Part shown: piece after piece, positions 57,530 through 64,000 of the stretch
How positions within the stretch are numbered: the first letter of the stretch is position 1
Layout: every line of letters starts with the position of its first letter
From: Macrostomum hystrix
Taxonomy: Eukaryota; Animalia; Platyhelminthes
Length of the DNA stretch: 64,000 nt
NCBI GenBank assembly: GCA_950097015.1
Contig: CATNEN010000015.1
Span: 310,001-374,000, forward strand
Direction of reading: 5' to 3'
Position numbers and translations under genes: made by a program
The notes under the pieces: generated by a model
What the model was told of the DNA's origin: nothing
Seen by the model: the letters and a program-made list of their open reading frames with translations, nothing else
Databases searched by the model: none

Positions 57530-58625
57530 TCCTAAAGTCGTTACTTTCTAAAGTCGTTACTTTCTAGAGTCGCTACTTTTTAGATTCGCTTCTTTCTAGA
57601 GTCCCTACTTTCTAGAGTCGCTACTTTCTAGAGTCGCTACTTTCTAGAGTCGCTACTTTCTAGAGTCGCTACTTTCTAGAGTCGCTACTTTCTAGAGTCG
57701 CTACTTTCTAGAGTCGCTACTTTCTAGAGTCGCTACTTTCTGGAGTCGCTACTTTCTACATTCCGTACTTTCTAGAGTCGTTACTTTCTAGAGTCGCTAC
57801 TTTTTAGAGTCGCTACTTTCTAGAGTCGCTACTTTCTACATTCCGTACTTTCTAGAGTCGTTAGATTGTAGATTTTAGAGTCGCTAATTTCTAAAGTCGT
57901 TACTTTCTAGAGTCGCTACTTTTTAGATTCGCTACTTTCTAGAGTCGCTACTTTCTAGAGTCGCTACTTTCTAGAGTCGCTACTTTTTAGATTCGCTACT
58001 TTCTAGAGTCGCTACTTTCTAGAGTCGCTACTTTCTAGAGTCGTACTTTCTAGAGTCGCTACTTTCTAGAGTCGCTACTTTCTAGAGTCGCTACTTTCTA
58101 GAGTCGCTACTTTCTAGAGTCGCTACTTTCTACATTCCGTACTTTCTAGAGTCGTTACTTTCTAGAGTCGCTACTTTTTAGATTCGCTACTTTCTAGAGT
58201 CAATACTTTCTAGAGTCGCTACTTTCTAGAGTCGCTACTTTCTACATTCCGTACTTTCTAGAGTCGTTACTTTCTAGAGCCGCTACTTTTTAGATTCGCT
58301 ACTTTCTAGAGTCGCTACTTTCTAGAGTCAATACTTTCTAGAGTCGCTACTTTCTAGAGTCGCTACTTTCTAGAGTCGCTACTTTCTAGAGTCGCTACTT
58401 TCTACATTCCGTACTTTCTAGAGTCGTTAGATTGTAGATTTTAGAGTCGCAAATTTCTAAAGTCGTTACTTTTTAGACTCGTTATGTTTTAGTGTCGTTA
58501 CTTTACAAAGTCGTTTAATTGTAGATTCCTTACATTTTAGAGTCGCTACTTTCCAAAGTCGCTACATTTTAGAGTCGCTACTTTCTAGATTCGCTACTTT
58601 CTAGACTCGTTACTTTCTAAAGTCG
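57530..58625. repeat. 16-bp minisatellite
   Basis: Unit CTACTTTCTAGAGTCG. Confidence 0.95.
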
Positions 58626-58969
58626 TTCTAAAGGCACTTTTGATATCATTACGGTTGAAAAAGGTAGAGTTTAAAGAAAAGCAAAGACATCTCCTACTCA
58701 TAAGTAGTAGATTTGGACAGCTTTGGAAACTCCTCAGACTTTGCAGTTTCCAATCAGTTTTTCAGGCAGTGATGCACCGCGGGGAGTCCTTCTGCTTTGG
58801 TCATGAACCATGAAAAAAGGTAGCAGACTTTCGAGCAATTTTGAATATGAGCCGGGTATTAGTTTGCGAGAGAAGACTTTTCCAATCAAAGATATTTTTA
58901 TTTAATAATAAATATTGACCTGATGGGGGCAATACTGCCATCAGAGAATTTTTTTGTCAAAGAGGTTTT

Positions 58970-59872
58970 GGAACAGGTGATACAGCTGTCTAACAGGTCA
59001 TGTAACAGCTGTCTAGCAGGTGATATAGCTGTCTAACAGGTGATACAGCTGTCTAACAGGTCATGTAACAGCTGTCTAGCAGGTGATATAGCTGTCTAAC
59101 AGGTGATACAGCTGTCTAACAGGTCATGTAACAGCTGTCTAGCAGGTGATATAGCTGTCTAACAGGTGATACAGCTGTCTAACAGGTCATGTAAAAGCTG
59201 TCTAAAAGGTCATGTCACAGCTGTCTAACAGGTCATGTAAAAGCTGTCTAAAAGGTCATGTCACAGCTGTCTAACAGGTAATGTCACAGCTGTCTAACAG
59301 GTAATGTCACAGCTGTCTAACAGGTAATGTCACAGCTGTCTAACAGGTAATATCACATCTGTCTAACAAGTAATGTCACAGCTGTCTAACAGGTAATGTC
59401 ACAGCTGTCTAACAGGTAATGTCACAGCTGTCTAACAGGTAATATCACATCTGTCTAACAGGTAATATCACATCTGTCTAACAGGTAATATCACAGCTGT
59501 CTAACAGGTAATGTCACAGCTGTCTAACAGGTAATATCACATCTGTCTAACAGGTAATATCACAGCTGTCTAACAGGTAATGTCACAGCTGTCTAACAGG
59601 TAATATCACATCTGTCTAACAAGTAATGTCACAGCTGTCTAACAGGTAATGTCACAGCTGTCTAACAGGTAATGTCACAGCTGTCTAACAGGTAATATCA
59701 CATCTGTCTAACAGGTAATATCACATCTGTCTAACAGGTAATATCACAGCTGTCTAACAGGTAATATCACAGCTGTCTAACAGGTAATGTCACAGCTGTC
59801 TAACAGGTAATATCACATCTGTCTAACAGGTAATATCACAGCTGTCTAACAGGTAATGTCACAGCTGTCCAA
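58970..59872. repeat. 20-23-bp minisatellite
   Basis: Unit ACAGCTGTCTAACAGGTAATGTC; the left part alternates with ACAGGTGAT/ACAGGTCATGTA variants. Confidence 0.95.
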
Positions 59873-60464
59873 ACAGTAAGGTCTGTGTAGGTCTTAAAGG
59901 AAAGTTCTCAAAGCAGTGCCAAATTTCTTCCAGTTTTTTGAGCAAATTATTATCAAATTTTTCTTCCTAGTTTAAAAGTAAAAAATCTGCCAATCAAGGT
60001 TTTCCTGTCTAACACTTTACACTTTAGCCAAGGCAGAGAAAAATATCCCACAATGAAACAATTCTGCTGTTTTGAAGCTGTGAGCGTTCAGCCTATTGAC
60101 AAAATCCGAATTTGAAAATTGAACACAAAAACGCAGACAGGAATTTAGCCACGCTAACGACTTGTTTGCCGAACCGTTTCTGAAAGTTTTTTACATTCTC
60201 GCTGGATCTTCACTCCAAAATGCGTTAGAAATTCAACTTCAGAAACTTAGAAAACTGAGCTTTTTCTTTGCTTATCGAAGCTAACACCATTTACATAGTA
60301 AATACCAGCTAGATTGGCTGTTAAGAAGGATGCACATATTTTTTTAAGACAACTCACATGTGTCTTCAACACAATTCACGGTGTATTCAAGGCAGTTAAC
60401 AGTCTTAAAGGTGTCTTAAAGGACAATTAACAGTTGTCTTCAAGATAAATAACAGGTGCCTTTG

Positions 60465-61548
60465 AGACAGTTCACAGGTGTCTTTAAGACAGTTCACAGG
60501 TGCCCTCAAGACAACTCACAGGTGTCCTCAAGACAGTTCACAGGTGCCCTCAAGACAACTCACAGGTGTCCTCAAGACAGTTCACAGGTGTCTTCAAGAC
60601 AATTTACAGGTGTCCTCAAGACAGTTCACAGGTGTCCTCAAGATAGTTCACAGGTGTCCTCAAGACAGTTCACAGGTGTCCTCAAGACAATTCACAGGTG
60701 TCCTCAAGACAATTTACAGGAGTCCTCAAGACAATTCACAGGAGTCCTCAAGACAATTTACAGGTGTCTTTAAGACAGTTCACAGGTGTCCTCAAGACAA
60801 TTTACAGGAGTCCTCAAGACAATTTACAGGTGTCTTTAAGACAGTTCACAGGTGTCCTCAAGATAGTTCTCAGGTGTCCTCAAGACAATTTACAGGTGTC
60901 CTCAAGACAGTTCACAGGAGTCCTCAAGACAATTTACAGATGTCTTTAAGACAATTTACAGGTGTCCTCAAGACAGTTCACAGGAGTCCTCAAGACAATT
61001 TACAGGTGTCTTTAAGACAATTCACAGGTGTCCTCAAGATAGTTCTCAGGTGTCCTCAAGACAATTCACAGGTGTCCTCAAGACAATTCACAGGTGTCCT
61101 CAAGACAATTCACAGGTGTCCTCAAGACAATTCACAGGTGTCTTCAAGATAGTTCTCAGGTGTCCTCAAGACAATTCACAGGTGTCCTCAAGATAGTTCT
61201 CAGGTGTCCTCAAGACAATTTACAGGTGTCCTCAAGACAGTTCACAGGTGTCCTCAAGACAATTTACAGGTGTCTTTAAGACAATTTACAGGTGTCCTCA
61301 AGACAATTTACAGGTGTCCTCAAGACAATTTACAGGTGTCCTCAAGACAATTTACAGGTGTCTTTAAGACAATTTACAGGTGTCCTCAAGACAGTTCACA
61401 GGTGTCCTCAAGACAGTTCACAGGTGTCCTCAAGACAGTTCACAGGTGTCCTCAAGACAATTCACAGGTGTCCTCAAGACAACTCACAGGTGTCTTTAAG
61501 ATAATTCACAGGTGTCCTCAAGACAGTTCACAGGTGTCTTTGAGACAG
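60465..61548. repeat. 22-bp minisatellite
   Basis: Unit ACAGGTGTCCTCAAGACA(G/A)TT(C/T). Confidence 0.96.
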
Positions 61549-61893
61549 TAAATTTGTCCGCAAAGATGTTTATTTGGCTTGTTAGAAATGTTGGATTCTG
61601 ATATTAAGGTGCTGTCGGGACATTTTCACGCGTCTAAAGCACAGTGTAAGATGTGACAGGCCATGCTGCTCGGTCGCAGGGTTTCCGTTTATGCTTCATC
61701 ATATTCTCAGATATTCTCTCTATGCGGTGGAGTGAATAAATTTTCGTCTTTTCCGCTCACAGGCGCGGCGCGGATCAATATGGCGACGGACTCGGAGCTG
61801 AGCGGAAATGGCTGCAGGCTGGGGAAGGTGTTCATTGGGCGGACTTCATGGCGTTCAACTCAGGACTATTCTCCCATTCTTGGGCAGAAAATC

Positions 61894-62160
61894 CTAAACT
61901 GATTGCTGGAGTGGTGGCAAGCCCAATTCGATTATTAAGGAGTTGTGGAATTGGGCAGACTCGAGTGCCGATGCGATGGCTGCAGAAATTTCACCATTCA
62001 GCACAGCCAGACTCTTAGCTTCCCCTGTGAGCAGAGAGAAATTGGCTGGTGTGGGCAATTTCATATTTTACGTACACTAGCGCTTAAGTATGCCGAAAAC
62101 TCGGAGCTTTGAACTTTTGGCCAACAATGGACGAGACTAGTGCCTTCCGCTGCTAAAGAT
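61894..62160 (-). CDS. Possible last two coding exons (62160-62072, 62024-61894) of a gene starting beyond the window
   Basis: CAG acceptors, a 47-bp GT-AG intron and a phase-consistent frame SLAAEGTSLVHCWPKVQSSEFSAYLSASV-REAKSLAVLNGEISAAIASALESAQFHNSLIIELGLPPLQQSV*; no family recognised. Confidence 0.4.
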
Positions 62161-62204
62161 CTGCATGGAAGACACCTCAGAACCGCGTACAGTACAGTAC
62201 TAAG

Positions 62205-64000
62205 GACACCTGTACAGTTTTGAAGACACCTGTACAGATTTGAAGACACCTGTACAGTTTTGAAGACACCTGTACAGTTTTGAAGACCCTGTACAGTATT
62301 AAATACACCTGTACAGTATTGAAGACACCTGTACAGATTTGAAGACACCTGTACAGTATTGAAGACACCTGTACAGTATTGAAGACACCTGTACAGTATT
62401 GAAGACACCTGTACAGTATTGAAGACCCTGTACAGTATTGAAGACACCTGTACAGATTTGAAGACACCTGTACAGTTTTGAAGACACCTGTACAGTATTG
62501 AAGACACCTGTACAGTATTGAAGACACCTGTACAGTATTGAAGACACCTGTACAGTATTGAAGACACCTGTACAGTATTGAAGACACCTGTACAGTTTTG
62601 AAGACCCTGTACAGTATTAAATACACCTGTACAGTATTGAAGACACCTGTACAGTATTGAAGACACCTGTACAGTATTGAAGACACCTGTACAGTATTGA
62701 AGACACCTGTACAGTTTTGAAGACACCTGTACAGTTTTGAAGACACCTGTACAGTATTGAAGACACCTGTACAGTATTGAAGACACCTGTACAGTATTGA
62801 AGACACCTGTACAGTTTTGAAGACACCTGTACAGTATTGAAGACACCTGTACAGTATTGAAGACACCTGTACAGTATAGAAGACACCTGTACAGTTTTGA
62901 AGACACCTGTACAGTATTGAAGACACCTGTACAGTTTTGAAGACCCTGTACAGTATTAAATACACCTGTACAGTATTGAAGACACCTGTACAGTTTTGAA
63001 GACACCTGTACAGTATTGAAGACACCTGTACAGTTTTGAAGACACCTGTACAGTATTGAAGACACCTGTACAGTTTTGAAGACACCTATACAGTTTTGAA
63101 GACACCTGTACAGTATTGAAGACACCTGTACAGTATTGAAGACACCTGTACAGTATTGAAGACACCTGTACAGTTTTGAAGACACCTGTACAGTATTGAA
63201 GACACCTGTACAGTATTGAAGACACCTGTACAGTTTTGAAGACCCTGTACAGTATTAAATACACCTGTACAGTATTGAAGACACCTGTACAGTTTTGAAG
63301 ACCCTGTACAGTATTGAAGACCCTGTACAGTTTTGAAGACACCTGTACAGTATTGAAGACACCTGTACAGTTTTGAAGACACCTGTACAGTATTGAAGAC
63401 ACCTGTACAGTATTGAAGACACCTGTACAGTATTGAAGACACCTGTACAGTTTTGAAGACCCTGTACAGTATTGAAGACACCTGTACAGTTTTGAAGACA
63501 CCTGTACAGTATTGAAGACACCTGTACAGTATTGAAGACACCTGTACAGTATTGAAGACACCTGTACAGTATTGAAGACACCTGTACAGTATTGAAGACA
63601 CCTGTACAGTTTTGAAGACCCTGTACAGTATTAAATACACCTGTACATTATTGAAGACACCTGTACAGTTTTGAAGACCCTGTACAGTATTGAAGACCCT
63701 GTACAGTATTGAAGACCCTGTACAGTTTTGAAGACACCTGTACAGTATTGAAGACACCTGTACAGTATTGAAGACACCTGTACAGTTTTGAAGACCCTGT
63801 ACAGTATTAAATACACCTGTACAGTATTGAAGACACCTGTACAGTTTTGAAGACCCTGTACAGTATTGAAGACCCTGTACAGTTTTGAAGACACCTGTAC
63901 AGTATTGAAGACACCTGTACAGTTTTGAAGACACCTGTACAGTATTGAAGACACCTGTACAGTATTGAAGACACCTGTACAGTATTGAAGACACCTGTAC
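62205..64000. repeat. 20-bp minisatellite (>85 copies), runs off the window end
   Basis: Unit TGAAGACACCTGTACAGT(A/T)T with 19-bp GACCCTGT variants. Confidence 0.97.

Overview
Eukaryotic (metazoan) genomic DNA, not prokaryotic. It has spliced genes with GT-AG introns, GC3-rich exons and AT-rich spacers. About a quarter to a third of the window is tandem minisatellite. This style suggests a free-living flatworm such as Macrostomum, but that is inference only. Genes I could assemble by hand: a flavin amine oxidase (MAO-like, +), a rhodopsin-class peptide GPCR (-), a myristoylated EF-hand calcium sensor (+), a basigin/neuroplastin-like Ig protein (+), HDHD2 (-), an unidentified gene head-to-head with it (+), CFAP77 (+) and a secreted fibrinogen-domain protein (-). 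Partial minus-strand genes lie near both window ends. Mobile elements: an internally deleted Merlin DNA transposon with TIRs and an 8-bp TSD; an APE-RT-RNase H LINE with an intact ORF inside the MAO intron (13-bp TSD); a young Gypsy-family LTR element with the inverted PR-IN-RT-RH order (Gmr1-like, identical LTRs, tRNA-Leu PBS); and several MITE-like foldbacks. The most notable signals are the Gmr1-like element, a minimal type I hammerhead ribozyme at about 46.9 kb, and locus-private minisatellites that fill most long introns and start at stop codons or splice sites. Also notable is an MAO homologue that appears to lack its catalytic Lys, covalent Cys and aromatic cage. There is no CRISPR array or rRNA, and the long ORFs over repeats are artefacts. 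All exon models and alignments were read by eye, and no database searches were run.
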